From the NCBI GenBank assembly GCA_963539275.1, contig CAUTLL010000001.1, positions 1 to 34,558 of the forward strand: a stretch of 34,558 nucleotides of DNA, in the 5' to 3' direction. A program made the position numbers and the translations under genes. How positions within the stretch are numbered: the stretch's first letter is position 1; each line of letters starts with the position of its first letter. Below, in pieces: positions 9,974 through 19,448 of the stretch. Below the pieces are notes generated by a model. The model had not been told where the DNA came from, did not search any database, and worked only from the letters and a program-made list of their open reading frames with translations. The stretch is from an uncultured Flavobacteriaceae bacterium (GTDB lineage: Bacteria; Bacteroidota; Bacteroidia; Flavobacteriales; Weeksellaceae).

Positions 9974-10741
9974 ATGATGATAGAGGCTGAAATTTTTGAC
10001 TTTTTAGATGAAAAAGCAGAGGAATTTAATACTCCAAATTATATAGAAACAGATCCAATACAGATTCCACATCGTTATTCTTTGAGACAAGATATAGAAA
10101 TTAGTGGATTTTTTGCATCAATTATTGCTTGGGGGAATAGGAAATCCATAATCAAAAACGCAAATAAAATGATGGATATAATGGGGAATTCTCCCTATGA
10201 TTTTGTGATGAATGTCCAAGAGAGTCATTTTTCCATAATAGAAGGAAAGGCCGTGCATAGAACTTTTAATGCAGAGGATTTTAAGGTTTTTGTTTTTAAT
10301 TTGAAAAGAGTTTATCAAGAAAATGAGAATTTAGAAAATCTCTTTTTGCTACGAGATGGAGAAATTAATTTTTATCATGCATTAGAAAGATTTAGAAATA
10401 TTTTTTTAGGTTCGGAATTGCATCGTAGTCATAAGCATATTGGTAGTTCGTATAGAAAATCAGCATGTAAGAGGCTTATGATGTATCTACGATGGATGGT
10501 GAGAAAGGATAATAAAGGGGTAGATTTTGGAATTTGGGATAAGTTAGACCCTGCTTATTTGTCTTGCCCTTTAGATGTTCATAGTGGTAATATTGCAAGG
10601 AAATTAGGAATTTTGGAACGAAAACAAAATGATTGGAAAGCCGTAGAAGAGTTGGATTTAAAATTGAGAAAGTATAATCCTCAAGACCCAGCTTTATATG
10701 ATTTTGCGTTGTTTGGTTTGGGAGCTTTAGAAGGTTTTTAG
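9974..10741 (+). CDS. TIGR02757-family protein (DUF2400), function unknown
   Basis: 255 aa. The N-terminal region ...TDPIQIPHRY...ISGFFASIIAWGNR matches my recollection of this conserved family. Confidence 0.7.
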   Translation: MMIEAEIFDFLDEKAEEFNTPNYIETDPIQIPHRYSLRQDIEISGFFASIIAWGNRKSIIKNANKMMDIMGNSPYDFVMNVQESHFSIIEGKAVHRTFNAEDFKVFVFNLKRVYQENENLENLFLLRDGEINFYHALERFRNIFLGSELHRSHKHIGSSYRKSACKRLMMYLRWMVRKDNKGVDFGIWDKLDPAYLSCPLDVHSGNIARKLGILERKQNDWKAVEELDLKLRKYNPQDPALYDFALFGLGALEGF

Positions 10742-10764
10742 TATTTTAATCATTAAAGAAAAAT

Positions 10765-11196
10765 ATGTTTAGTAGAGAAGAATCGGCAAAGATGAGACAA
10801 GAGTTTTGGACTTCTTTTGGAAAATATTTTCCAAGAAAATGGGTTTTATATCAAACCAAAATAAAAGGATTGAGTTTCAAATTTAATTTTGATACGAAGA
10901 AAGCTATGGTGTTAATGGAGATTGAAGGGAGTTTGGAGCATCGCATAAAATATTTTGAAAAAATACAATCATTACAAGATATTTTGGAGAGAGATTATTT
11001 GCCAAAAGTGGTTTATGCAGAGTCTTATGAGTTGGAAAATGGCAAGGAAGTTTCTTGCGTTTTTGTGGAGAAAATGGGAGTTTGTATTCATAACAGAGAA
11101 ACTTGGCAGGAAGCTATGCTATTTCTTAATGAAAATATGAGTAAAATGGAGGATTTTTGGAGAGAATACGAAGATTTTTTTAGAATGGAAAACTGA
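10765..11196 (+). CDS. DUF4268-like hypothetical protein
   Basis: 143 aa. The motif EFWTSFGKYF near the N-terminus supports the call. The gene is same-strand and tightly spaced with its neighbours. Confidence 0.6.
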   Translation: MFSREESAKMRQEFWTSFGKYFPRKWVLYQTKIKGLSFKFNFDTKKAMVLMEIEGSLEHRIKYFEKIQSLQDILERDYLPKVVYAESYELENGKEVSCVFVEKMGVCIHNRETWQEAMLFLNENMSKMEDFWREYEDFFRMEN

Positions 11197-11237
11197 TTGG
11201 TGTTTTTTTGATATGAAATTTTTAAAAATTAAATAAT

Positions 11238-11588
11238 ATGAAAAAAGTATATTTTTTGAAAACTTGCGGGACTTGCAAGAGGATTATGGCTGAATTAAAT
11301 TTAGACCATTGGGAAAAAAGAGAAATAAAAACAAAAGGCATTTCCGAAGAAGAATTACAAGAAATGTATAAACTCGCAGGGACTTATGAGGCTTTATTTA
11401 GTAAAAAATCTACTCAAATTAAAGCAAGGAATTTAGATGTAAGTTCATTGCATGAAGATGATTATAAGATATTGATATTGGATCATTATAGTTTTCTGAA
11501 AAGACCAGTTTTTATAGATGAAGATAGAATTTTTATTGGAAATGATAAGAAAACGGTAGAACATCTAAAGGAAGAATCTGGGAGATAG
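11238..11588 (+). CDS. ArsC/Spx/MgsR-family thioredoxin-fold protein
   Basis: 116 aa. It has the N-terminal VYFLKTCGTCKR motif and LKRPV further along. Confidence 0.8.
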   Translation: MKKVYFLKTCGTCKRIMAELNLDHWEKREIKTKGISEEELQEMYKLAGTYEALFSKKSTQIKARNLDVSSLHEDDYKILILDHYSFLKRPVFIDEDRIFIGNDKKTVEHLKEESGR

Positions 11589-11645
11589 ATTAGAATCTAA
11601 ATATTAAATTTTATATATTTACAAATTAAATTCAAAAATATAAAA

Positions 11646-12836
11646 ATGGAGAAACTTTCAGATAGATTAAACCGGTTGAGTTATTCTAAGACTTTCGTAA
11701 TGACGAATAAAGCGAGAGAGATGAAGGCTCAAGGGATAGATGTGATTAGTTTGACTTTAGGGGAGCCAGATTTTGATGTTCCTACGGATATTAAACAAGC
11801 AGCGATAGAGGCTATTCATGAAAATTATAGCCACTATTCTCCCGTGGCTGGTTTTTTAGAACTTCGAGAGGCAGTTTGTAAAAAACTGAAAAGAGATAAT
11901 AATTTAGATTATAAACCAAACCAAATTTGCGTTTCTAATGGAGCTAAACAGTCTATTATTAATGTTATAGCATCGGTAGTAAATGATGGTGATGAGGTGA
12001 TTTTACCGACGCCTTATTGGGTGAGTTATGATGAAATGGTGAAGATGATGGGAGGGAAGTCTGTTTTTGTACAGACTACGATAGATACGGATTTTAAAAT
12101 TACAGCAGAGCAATTAGAAAGTGCAATTACATCTAAAACAAAAGTGTTGTTATTCAGTTCTCCTTGTAACCCTTCGGGAAGTTATTATGGGAGAGAAGAA
12201 TTAGAAGCGATTGCAAATGTAGTAGCAAAATATCCGCAAATTACCATTATTTCTGATGAAATTTATGAGTTTATCAATTATGAAGGGAAACATACTTCCA
12301 TCGCAGAATTTCCACAAGTATATGAACAAACAGCAGTAATTAATGGAATGTCAAAAGCTTATGCTATGACAGGTTGGAGAATAGGTTATTCAGCATGTCC
12401 TACATGGTTAGCCGCAGCTTGTGATAAAGTTCAGGGGCAAATGACTTCTGGAGCGAATACAATTGCCCAAAGAGCATCTATCAAATCATTAGAAACAGAT
12501 CCTGCAGAATATCGCTATATGATTGATACTTTCGGAAAAAGAAGAGATTTGGTTTATGATATGATTAAAGAGATTAAAGGATTTAAGATAAATAAACCCA
12601 AAGGAGCATTTTATATGTTCCCAGATATTTCTTATTATATCGGAAAAACATTAGATGGTGTGGAGATCAATGATTCTGATGATTTTGCGATGTTTTTATT
12701 AGAAAAAGCTCATGTAGCTACGGTAGGTGGGGTTTCTTTTGGAGATAAAAACTGTATCCGTTTCTCTTATGCGACCTCAGAAGATGTTTTGATTGAAGCA
12801 ATGAGAAGAATTAAAGAGCTTTTGGATAAATTTTAA
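11646..12836 (+). CDS. PLP-dependent class I aminotransferase (aspartate aminotransferase type)
   Basis: 396 aa. It has the PLP-lysine motif NGMSKAYAMTGWRIGY and SSPCNPSG. Confidence 0.9.
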   Translation: MEKLSDRLNRLSYSKTFVMTNKAREMKAQGIDVISLTLGEPDFDVPTDIKQAAIEAIHENYSHYSPVAGFLELREAVCKKLKRDNNLDYKPNQICVSNGAKQSIINVIASVVNDGDEVILPTPYWVSYDEMVKMMGGKSVFVQTTIDTDFKITAEQLESAITSKTKVLLFSSPCNPSGSYYGREELEAIANVVAKYPQITIISDEIYEFINYEGKHTSIAEFPQVYEQTAVINGMSKAYAMTGWRIGYSACPTWLAAACDKVQGQMTSGANTIAQRASIKSLETDPAEYRYMIDTFGKRRDLVYDMIKEIKGFKINKPKGAFYMFPDISYYIGKTLDGVEINDSDDFAMFLLEKAHVATVGGVSFGDKNCIRFSYATSEDVLIEAMRRIKELLDKF

Positions 12837-12860
12837 TGTAAAAAAATTATTGGTATTAAA

Positions 12861-12896
12861 CTCGGCCTTATTATTTTTTATAAGACCGAGTTTTTT
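12861..12896 (+). terminator. intrinsic terminator after the aminotransferase gene
   Basis: Stem CTCGGCCTTA/TAAGACCGAG with one central mismatch, followed by T6. It overlaps the last codons of the convergent gene. Confidence 0.7.
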
Positions 12897-13993
12897 GATT
12901 TTAATTTTTTATTATAGACTTTTTCTTGTCTATGAATGGATTCTTGATGTATAGCTTTGAAGATTTTAGAGATAAATTCTTCGGATAATCCATGTAAGCT
13001 TCCTTTATGAATCATATTTTCTAAAATATCGTTCCATCTTTTGTTTTGTAGTACTGCAATATTTTTTTCTTTCTTGATATTTCCAATATTTTCAGCAATA
13101 TTCATTCTTTTTTTTAGTATTTCTAAGAGCTGAGAATCTAATAAATCAATTTGTGAACGAAAGCTGTCAAGTTGGCTCTGAAATTCATTTTCTGAAGTGT
13201 TTTGATGACGAATGATAAGGTTGGTTAGTATTTTAGAAAGAGTTTCAGGGGTGATTTGTTGAGTAGAATCACTCCATGCCACATCAGGATTACAATGGCT
13301 TTCTATCATTAATCCATCAAAGTTTAAGTTTAAGGCGGTTTGAGAAAGCTCGGCAATTAGTTCTCGATTTCCTGCGATATGGGAAGGGTCACAAATAATC
13401 GGTAAGTCTGGAAAACGATTTTGCAAATCAATGACAATTTGCCATTCTGGAATATTACGATATTTAGTTTTTTCATAAGTAGAGAAACCTCTGTGAATTA
13501 CACCTATATTTTTAATATTAGCTCTCTGCAAACGCTCTAATGCTCCAATCCAAAGGGTGAGATCTGGATTTACAGGATTTTTAACTAAAATAATTTTATC
13601 CGTTCCTGCTAGTTCATCGGCGATTTCTTGGATAATGAAAGGGCTAACAGTGGAGCGAGCACCAATCCAAAGTAAATCTACATCATTTTCTAATGCTAAA
13701 CGTACATGATTTCGGTTAGCCACTTCTGTTGCTGTTTTAAGTCCTGTTTCTTTTTTTACTTTATTGAGCCATTTCAGTCCCATTTCGCCAATCCCTTCAA
13801 AACCTCCTGGGCGAGTTCTTGGCTTCCAAATTCCTGCTCGGTAGAATTTAATTTTTGAATTTTTTTTTAGTTGGTGAGCGATGTTTAATACTTGCTCTTC
13901 TGTTTCTGCACTGCATGGACCAGCGATGACTAAAGGTTCGTTGGGACTGATTTCTTTTAGCCACTCTTTTGTATAAGTTGTCTTATTGTTCAT
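12878..13993 (-). CDS. bifunctional 3-deoxy-7-phosphoheptulonate (DAHP) synthase / chorismate mutase type II
   Basis: 371 aa. The N-terminal about 270 aa look like an I-beta DAHP/KDO8P synthase (AGPCSAE, RAGIWKPRT, CDPSH). The C-terminal about 90 aa are an AroQ-type CM helix bundle (LLEILKKRMNIAENIG...). Confidence 0.87.
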   Translation of the reverse strand: MNNKTTYTKEWLKEISPNEPLVIAGPCSAETEEQVLNIAHQLKKNSKIKFYRAGIWKPRTRPGGFEGIGEMGLKWLNKVKKETGLKTATEVANRNHVRLALENDVDLLWIGARSTVSPFIIQEIADELAGTDKIILVKNPVNPDLTLWIGALERLQRANIKNIGVIHRGFSTYEKTKYRNIPEWQIVIDLQNRFPDLPIICDPSHIAGNRELIAELSQTALNLNFDGLMIESHCNPDVAWSDSTQQITPETLSKILTNLIIRHQNTSENEFQSQLDSFRSQIDLLDSQLLEILKKRMNIAENIGNIKKEKNIAVLQNKRWNDILENMIHKGSLHGLSEEFISKIFKAIHQESIHRQEKVYNKKLKSKNSVL

Positions 13994-14083
13994 TTTTATT
14001 TTAAAAATAGTTTAATTTGAGTGTATTGTGAAACTCCATGCAATGTAGAGATTTTATATTCCGAGATAAGTTTGAAAAATATT

Positions 14084-14668
14084 TTAGTTATGTAAATTAG
14101 TTTGTAAAAACTCCAAAAATTGTTGTACGGCGATAAAGCGATGGCTGATTTTATTTTTTTCTTCAGGTTTCATCTCTGCAAAGGAGATTGTATAACCTTT
14201 TGGTATGAATATAGGGTCATATCCGAAGCCTTTTTCACCTTTTCTTTCATGGGTGATTTGCCCATAAACACGCCCTTCAAAATAATGAGGGATTTGTGTC
14301 TCATCTATCAAGCACATTACAGTAATGAAATAAGCTTCGCGGTTTTCTATGCCTTTCATTTCTTCCAAAACCTTGTTGATATTGGCATCAAAATCATGGG
14401 ATCCAGCATATCGAGCAGAGAAAATACCAGGGCGACCATCTAATGCAGGGATTACCAATCCGCTATCATCTCCTACACTTGCTTTTCCTGTTTTTTCAAA
14501 GCAATATTTTGCTTTGATGAGTGCATTTTCATGAAAGGTAGAGCCATTTTCTTCTATTTCTTCAAAGATATGATAATCTGTAAGGCTTGTGAGGTAATAG
14601 TTTTCTCCTAATATTTGTTGGATTTCTTCTTTTTTATGTTGGTTATGAGTTGCTAAAAGTATTTCCAT
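14084..14668 (-). CDS. rdgB: non-canonical purine NTP pyrophosphatase (RdgB/HAM1 family)
   Basis: 194 aa with the motifs LLATHNQHK, DDSGL, PGIFSARY and GFGYDPIF. Confidence 0.88.
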   Translation of the reverse strand: MEILLATHNQHKKEEIQQILGENYYLTSLTDYHIFEEIEENGSTFHENALIKAKYCFEKTGKASVGDDSGLVIPALDGRPGIFSARYAGSHDFDANINKVLEEMKGIENREAYFITVMCLIDETQIPHYFEGRVYGQITHERKGEKGFGYDPIFIPKGYTISFAEMKPEEKNKISHRFIAVQQFLEFLQTNLHN

Positions 14669-14680
14669 ATTTACTTTATT

Positions 14681-15442
14681 TTAAGCATTAAAAGCCTCTA
14701 TAATTTTAGAAAAATCTTCAATATTGAGAGCGGCTCCTCCTATTAATCCACCATCTACATCTGTCTGAGAAAAAATATCTTTGGCATTATTAGGTTTTAC
14801 AGAGCCTCCGTAGAGAATAGATATTTCATCGGTGATAGATTTTCCATATTTCTCAGCGATGAGATTTCTGATAAAAGAATGAACTTCTTGTGCCTGTTCT
14901 GCCGTAGCCGTTTCTCCTGTGCCAATAGCCCAAACGGGTTCATAAGCGATGATTACTTTCTGTATTTCTTCAGCAGATAGCCCAAAGAGAGCCGTTTCTG
15001 TTTGATGTTTAATGACTTCTAAATATTGTCCTGATTTTCTTTCTTCTAAATTTTCACCATTGCAATATATAGGAATCATGTTTTTACCTAAAATATTTTT
15101 GATTTTTATTGCAGCAGATTGGTCGGTTTCGCTATGATATTGTCTTCTTTCAGAATGAGCCACGATACTTCCGTTTAGCTCTAATGATTTGAGCATATTT
15201 GCAGAGATTTCTCCTGTATAAGCACCATTTTCATACTCTGAAATGTCCTGTGCATAGACGCCTACTTCTTTATTTTTGAAAGTTTCTTTTGCTGTAGCTA
15301 AATATAGAGCAGGAGGAGCTATCATAACTTCACAATTAGTTTTATGATTTTTCATATAATCTGAAAGCTGGTGCATTAGCTCTTGTGCTTCTTGAAAATT
15401 TTTATTCATTTTCCAGTTTCCTGCGACAATGTTTTTTCTCAT
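14681..15442 (-). CDS. tpiA: triose-phosphate isomerase
   Basis: 253 aa with the motifs AGNWKMN, HSERR, AYEPVWAIGTG and GGSV. Confidence 0.95.
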   Translation of the reverse strand: MRKNIVAGNWKMNKNFQEAQELMHQLSDYMKNHKTNCEVMIAPPALYLATAKETFKNKEVGVYAQDISEYENGAYTGEISANMLKSLELNGSIVAHSERRQYHSETDQSAAIKIKNILGKNMIPIYCNGENLEERKSGQYLEVIKHQTETALFGLSAEEIQKVIIAYEPVWAIGTGETATAEQAQEVHSFIRNLIAEKYGKSITDEISILYGGSVKPNNAKDIFSQTDVDGGLIGGAALNIEDFSKIIEAFNA

Positions 15443-15641
15443 CGTTATTTATTTTTTATAATTAGAATTATGATTTGAAATTTCTACTTAAAAATTAGAA
15501 TATCAAAGTAAAATTTTTCTTCAAAGATAAGGTTTATTATTAAGATTTACCATAGTTATAGGGAATAGAGTCTAATGATTAGGCTAAAATAACGAAGTGT
15601 TTAGGTCTGGAGGTGCAGTTTTATGCTCGGGAGATGATATT

Positions 15642-15756
15642 TTTAGGTTCTGAACCTAAAATTTTACCTTGACGACCTAAATGTTTTACCTTCATCACCT
15701 AAAAACTTCGCTTCATTACCTAAAAATATCATTTCAGAACCTAAAATATGATATAG
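15642..15756. repeat. five degenerate direct repeats with about 21-bp phasing, core ACCTAAA, preceded by an inverted copy
   Basis: ACCTAAA starts at 15654, 15675, 15697, 15718 and 15739, giving spacings of 21, 22, 21 and 21. The palindrome TTTAGGTTC-T-GAACCTAAA lies at 15642..15660. Confidence 0.75.
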
Positions 15757-15761
15757 AAAAG

Positions 15762-15800
15762 AAAAATAAAAAGCCTCCGAATATAAAATATTTGAAGGCT
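15762..15800 (-). terminator. intrinsic terminator of the glycine-tRNA ligase gene
   Basis: The minus strand reads AGCCTTC-loop-GGAGGCT followed by a T-run, 16 nt after the stop codon. Confidence 0.7.
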
Positions 15801-15815
15801 AAGCGTATCATTTAG

Positions 15816-17357
15816 TTATATCTTTGATAATAAGTTTCTGAAATTCACTTTATCATCAATGATTTGTCTAAGGTTAGATACTGGTACTCTTTCTTGTTCC
15901 ATGGTATCTCTGTGTCTTATCGTTACCGTGTGGTTAGTAAGCGTATCATGGTCTATGGTGATGCAGAAAGGCGTGCCTATGGCATCTTGTCTTCTGTATC
16001 GTTTTCCGATGCTGTCTTTATCTTCATAGATGAGGTTGAAATCAAGTTTCAAGTCATTGAAGATTTTTTCTGCATATTCTCCCAAGCCATCTTTTTTCAT
16101 CAGAGGTAAGATAGCAGCTTTTACAGGTGCTAGGGCAGGTGGGAGAGAGAGTACCGTTCTCTCGGAGCCGTCTTCTAGTACTTCATCTTTTAGGCAGTGA
16201 GAGAATAGAGCTAAGAATAATCGGTCTAAACCTACGGAAGTTTCTACCACATAAGGCACATAACTTTCATTTCTTTCAGGGTCAAAGTATTGTAATTTTT
16301 TACCTGAATATCTTTCATGAGCGGAGAGGTCAAAATCCGTTCTGGAATGGATACCTTCTAACTCTTTAAATCCGAATGGGAATTTGAACTCAATGTCCGC
16401 AGCGGCATTGGCATAGTGAGCCAATTTTTCATGGTTGTGGAATTTGTAATTCTCCGCTCCAAGACCAAGGGCAAGGTGCCAATTAAGTCGTTTTTGTTTC
16501 CATTCTTCATAGAATTGAAGTTCTGTGCCTGGCGGTACGAAGAATTGCATCTCCATTTGTTCAAACTCTCTCATTCTAAAAATAAATTGTCTCGCTACAA
16601 TCTCATTTCTAAAAGCTTTACCAATCTGAGCAATCCCAAAAGGCAATTTATGTCTAGATGTTTTCTGTACATTGAGATAGTTCACAAAAATACCTTGTGC
16701 AGTCTCTGGGCGAAGGTATAAATCCATTGCATTTTCTGCGGCAGCACCTAATTTAGTCCCAAACATAAGGTTGAATTGTCTTACTTCTGTCCAGTTTTTA
16801 GAGCCTGTATCAGGGTCAGAGATTTCTAGCTCTTCTATTAGGGCTTTTACATCGGCTAGGTCATTGTTGTCTAGAGATTTAGCCATTCTGGAAAGAATGG
16901 TTTTCTGTTTTTCTCTATATTCTAATACTTTTGGATTGGTAGAAACGAACTGAGCCTCATCAAAAGCCTCTCCAAATCTCTTTCTCGCTTTTTCTATTTC
17001 TTTGATTGCTTTATCTTCTAGCTTAGCACAATAGTCTTCAATCAAAACATCTGCACGGAAACGCTTTTTACTATCTTTATTATCAATCAAAGGGTCATTA
17101 AAAGCATCTACATGCCCACTAGCTTTCCAAATAGTAGGGTGCATAAAGATGGCAGAGTCTAGACCCACGATATTTTCGTTAAGCTGAATCATCGCCTTCC
17201 ACCAATATTGCTTAATATTGTTTTTTAGCTCGATACCATTTTGTCCGTAATCATATATTGCAGAAAGACCATCATAAATCTCACTCGATGGGAAGATGAA
17301 CCCATATTCTTTAGCATGAGAAACTACTTTCTTAAAGATATCTTCTTGTTTTGCCAT
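15816..17357 (-). CDS. glyQS: glycine--tRNA ligase (homodimeric class II type)
   Basis: 513 aa. The sequence FRNEI..R.FIFRMREFEQMEMQFF carries class II motifs 2 and 3, and the length is typical of alpha2 GlyRS. Confidence 0.95.
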   Translation of the reverse strand: MAKQEDIFKKVVSHAKEYGFIFPSSEIYDGLSAIYDYGQNGIELKNNIKQYWWKAMIQLNENIVGLDSAIFMHPTIWKASGHVDAFNDPLIDNKDSKKRFRADVLIEDYCAKLEDKAIKEIEKARKRFGEAFDEAQFVSTNPKVLEYREKQKTILSRMAKSLDNNDLADVKALIEELEISDPDTGSKNWTEVRQFNLMFGTKLGAAAENAMDLYLRPETAQGIFVNYLNVQKTSRHKLPFGIAQIGKAFRNEIVARQFIFRMREFEQMEMQFFVPPGTELQFYEEWKQKRLNWHLALGLGAENYKFHNHEKLAHYANAAADIEFKFPFGFKELEGIHSRTDFDLSAHERYSGKKLQYFDPERNESYVPYVVETSVGLDRLFLALFSHCLKDEVLEDGSERTVLSLPPALAPVKAAILPLMKKDGLGEYAEKIFNDLKLDFNLIYEDKDSIGKRYRRQDAIGTPFCITIDHDTLTNHTVTIRHRDTMEQERVPVSNLRQIIDDKVNFRNLLSKI

Positions 17358-17374
17358 TATTGAATAATTTTGTA

Positions 17375-17382
17375 CAAAAATA
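17375..17382 (-). promoter_or_regulatory. -7 promoter box (TATTTTTG) upstream of the glycine-tRNA ligase gene
   Basis: Exact TAnnTTTG match on the minus strand, about 18 nt upstream of the ATG at 17357. Confidence 0.45.
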
Positions 17383-17404
17383 AGTATTTTTGATTGAATA
17401 TTAA

Positions 17405-17431
17405 ATAAAAAAACACTCTCTACAGAGAGTG
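17405..17431 (-). terminator. intrinsic terminator of the 277-aa secreted-protein gene
   Basis: The minus strand reads CACTCTCT-GT-AGAGAGTG followed by T7-8. Confidence 0.75.
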
Positions 17432-17447
17432 CTTTGTATAACTTAGA

Positions 17448-18281
17448 TTAATTAAGTGTTTTTAATAGTTGTTCTAAGGCTTGTTTATATGTAGCGTTGC
17501 TATTTCCTGAACCGGAGCTCCTTCCTCCTTGATCAAAATTTAGCTCTACGAAGTTTACTAAATCTCTTTTACCTACTAGGAGTGTAAATACCCATGTACC
17601 ATTTACTGCTGTACCAATATCAGTAGGCACGCTAGGATCAGTTCTTGTTAAGGACATACTAGGATAGTCTGCTTCAACTGCCCAATTAGAACCGCTCTTT
17701 TTTAATTTAACATTAGGAGGTGCTACTCTAGCAGAATGTAGGGAAGTATTTTGGGTTCCATAAGAATAATTAGGGATAGCACCTCTGTTAGCTACGAGCG
17801 CTGTTTTATCATCTGGTGTTACCAGAGTATAATTCATCATCGCTACAGCATATTTATTATAATCTATACCTGTATCAAATGTACTAATCCAATCTTGGTC
17901 TACATTACTAACTTTAAGAGTGATAACGCTAAGAGTACTCGTAATAGGAGCACCTTGATAGACATCACCTACACTATTAATGACAAGAGGTCTATAGTCT
18001 GTATACTTAGTTTTAGCCTGAGTATTACCTCCTAAATCTGCATCCATGGCAGAATTTACATTCTGGTCATATTGTGGAGTGTTTACCAATCTTAATGGAG
18101 GTTTCCCATCATTATCCGCAGAGTTCTGAACCGTTAATGCTCTTGTAGGAACATCTGTATTTACCCCTACTTTCTTTCCTGTTTTTGTTTTGGCTTTTGC
18201 CTCATCAATAGTCTGAGCCTTCGTATGTGCTCCGAATAAAGAAAGAAAAGCAATGCTTAAAAGAATAAACTTTTTCTTCAT
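17448..18281 (-). CDS. secreted hypothetical protein
   Basis: 277 aa with a cleavable signal peptide (MKKKFILLSIAFLSLFGAHTKAQ). I recognise no family. Confidence 0.7.
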   Translation of the reverse strand: MKKKFILLSIAFLSLFGAHTKAQTIDEAKAKTKTGKKVGVNTDVPTRALTVQNSADNDGKPPLRLVNTPQYDQNVNSAMDADLGGNTQAKTKYTDYRPLVINSVGDVYQGAPITSTLSVITLKVSNVDQDWISTFDTGIDYNKYAVAMMNYTLVTPDDKTALVANRGAIPNYSYGTQNTSLHSARVAPPNVKLKKSGSNWAVEADYPSMSLTRTDPSVPTDIGTAVNGTWVFTLLVGKRDLVNFVELNFDQGGRSSGSGNSNATYKQALEQLLKTLN

Positions 18282-18446
18282 TGTATTATAATTGAGGCTG
18301 CAAAAGTATTTATATTTTTCTTATTCTGTAAATTTTCTATTTTGTTCTTAATCAGTAGTTTTTATATGTTTTTTTTATCATGAGAGATTTTTAGGATAAA
18401 AAATAAAATAGAGAAATTAAACAGTGAAATATATATGATTATTTCC

Positions 18447-18454
18447 TATATTTG
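18447..18454 (+). promoter_or_regulatory. -7 promoter box (TATATTTG) for the 169-aa gene
   Basis: Exact TAnnTTTG match 58 nt upstream of ATG 18512. Confidence 0.45.
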
Positions 18455-18511
18455 TAAGGAATAGAAATACAGTCATCATCATCTTTGAAACCAATTTAAT
18501 ATGATATCAAT

Positions 18512-19021
18512 ATGAGTATTTTAAATTTAAACAGTACGCATCTGACTGGTGAGCAAGTGAAGGCCATCAGTGATGCTTTGGGGGTGTTAGAAAAGGCATT
18601 AGCTCCATTGACTATCAATCTCACCGCAGAGGATAGGCATAAATACGGTAGGGTGAATGAGCAGAATAAGCTTTTCATCAATAAGATTCATGATTTCTTA
18701 AAGGCACAGCCTGAGCTGAAATCTCCAGATGTGGATTGGGTAGAGTTTGAGAAAGATTTTAAGAGTAGAGAGGAGCTGGAAAAGATACTGAATAGGCTCA
18801 GCTCAGCGATAACGAGAGTGAATAACTCAAAAATCTTGCATGATTTTGATAACTACCAAGACGCCTTAGAAGATTATGCTTATGCTTCCTTTCGGGCACG
18901 CTCCAAACAGGTGGGATTTGAGAATAAATACAATGAATGTAAGCAGTTCTTTGCTAAATCTCGTAAAAAAGTAGCGACCGAACCGTCAAAAGATACTCCG
19001 AATAAAGAACCTCAAGCCTAA
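18512..19021 (+). CDS. hypothetical protein
   Basis: 169-aa ORF, helical and charged, with its own promoter-like box and a strong terminator. Confidence 0.7.
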   Translation: MSILNLNSTHLTGEQVKAISDALGVLEKALAPLTINLTAEDRHKYGRVNEQNKLFINKIHDFLKAQPELKSPDVDWVEFEKDFKSREELEKILNRLSSAITRVNNSKILHDFDNYQDALEDYAYASFRARSKQVGFENKYNECKQFFAKSRKKVATEPSKDTPNKEPQA

Positions 19022-19033
19022 TATCTATAAAAA

Positions 19034-19055
19034 GCACCTCCAAAGGTGCTTTTTT
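19034..19055 (+). terminator. intrinsic terminator
   Basis: GCACCT-CCAA-AGGTGC followed by T6. Confidence 0.8.
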
Positions 19056-19062
19056 ATTATCC

Positions 19063-19167
19063 ATATTAGCATTTTGCTGGTCAATATGAGCAATTTGCTG
19101 GTCAATATGAGCGATTTACTGGTTCAAATGAGCGATTTGCTGATAAATATGAGCATTATTAAGCTGT
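19063..19167. repeat. tandem repeat, 5 x 21 bp (consensus about ATATGAGCGATTTGCTGGTCA)
   Basis: Units are at 19063-83, 19084-104, 19105-25, 19126-46 and 19147-67. The first four are close copies and the fifth is degenerate. Confidence 0.9.
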
Positions 19168-19213
19168 TTTATATCTAAAATACAGAATAGAGTAGGAGAC
19201 TAAACGAAAGAAC

Positions 19214-19245
19214 CCCTTTTCTTAATCAGGAAAGGGTGTTTTTAA
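19214..19245 (+). terminator. terminator-like hairpin downstream of the 21-bp repeat array
   Basis: CCCTTTTC-TTAATCA-GGAAAGGG (one G.U pair) followed by TGTTTTT. Confidence 0.5.
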
Positions 19246-19423
19246 TTGTTTCTTTCATTTGTTGTACCATTTTTTATATATCATAAAACCAAAATACCCT
19301 TATTCTCATGAATAAAACCTAAAATGGCATCATCATAAGATAAAAAACTCATTTGATTTTCAGTAAGATAACATGTCTAATAAAAAAAGAAGCGATAAGT
19401 TTTGGAGTTAATGAAAAAAAAAC

Positions 19424-19431
19424 TATCTTTG
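19424..19431 (+). promoter_or_regulatory. -7 promoter box (TATCTTTG) for tRNA-Gln
   Basis: Exact TAnnTTTG match 17 nt upstream of the mature tRNA 5' end. Confidence 0.5.
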
Positions 19432-19448
19432 CACCAGTTAAAACAAAC

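Noticed and set aside
19063-19167. The 21-bp repeat arrays here and at 15642..15756, considered as CRISPR arrays
   Set aside because: The repeats are directly tandem or only about 14 nt apart, with no unique spacers of CRISPR length. The repeat units are not palindromic in the CRISPR sense, and there are no cas genes.
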